DNA from: Nitrospirales bacterium
GTDB taxonomy: Bacteria > Nitrospirota > Nitrospiria > Nitrospirales > UBA8639
Assembly: GCA_965203295.1 (NCBI GenBank)
Contig: CBDBCZ010000012.1
Coordinates: 608,001-672,000, forward strand
Direction of reading: 5' to 3'
DNA length: 64,000 nt
Shown: positions 63,847-64,000 of the stretch, one piece after another
How the letters are laid out: every line of letters begins with the position of its first letter
Numbering within the stretch: position 1 is the stretch's first letter
Program-made: the position numbers and the translations under genes
The notes under the pieces: generated by a model
The model's database searches: none
Told to the model about the DNA's origin: nothing
Seen by the model: the letters and a program-made list of their open reading frames with translations, nothing else

Positions 63847-64000
63847 CTACATGTATTGTAGAATGAATCGCAACTGATATAAAACATGCTCCAAGCAGGG
63901 TCAAATGAAAGGAAAGTAGAAAAGGCAATATTTGGCAGTAGGTAATTAGAAAGTAAAACCACATTCCTTTAATACTACTGTGGCAGTGAGCTTTTGTATA

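Overview
Repeat-rich, intron-containing animal genomic DNA; the Death/TIR domain style and palindromic MITE families suggest a demosponge or similar non-bilaterian (inference). Left half: (i) a complete 12.7-kb CACTA/EnSpm transposon (2642-15341, ACA TSD) with an uninterrupted 6-exon ~1004-aa transposase and a divergent accessory gene carrying four tandem AT-hook-like exons, whose empty target site is present in a paralogous repeat near 37 kb; (ii) an unclassified repeat system made of a ~120-bp stem-loop module (6 copies), a ~550-bp segment seen in both orientations, and a two-exon acidic/(Pro-Ala)n/Arg-Gly microprotein gene (4 copies); (iii) scrambled Sola-like transposase fragments, a Gypsy integrase+LTR remnant, Helentron/HINE-like ends, and a decayed CRESS-virus-type SF3 helicase ORF with no visible HUH nuclease. 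Right half: a minus-strand gene apparently joining a catalytic-Glu TIR domain to a duplicated DGK-zeta/iota-like ankyrin tail (second copy of the tail at 61.5-63.8 kb), a Ulp1/SENP pseudogene, a Death-domain + helical protein gene with one premature stop, and many MITEs. All exon models were read by hand and have not been checked by database search or transcript data.
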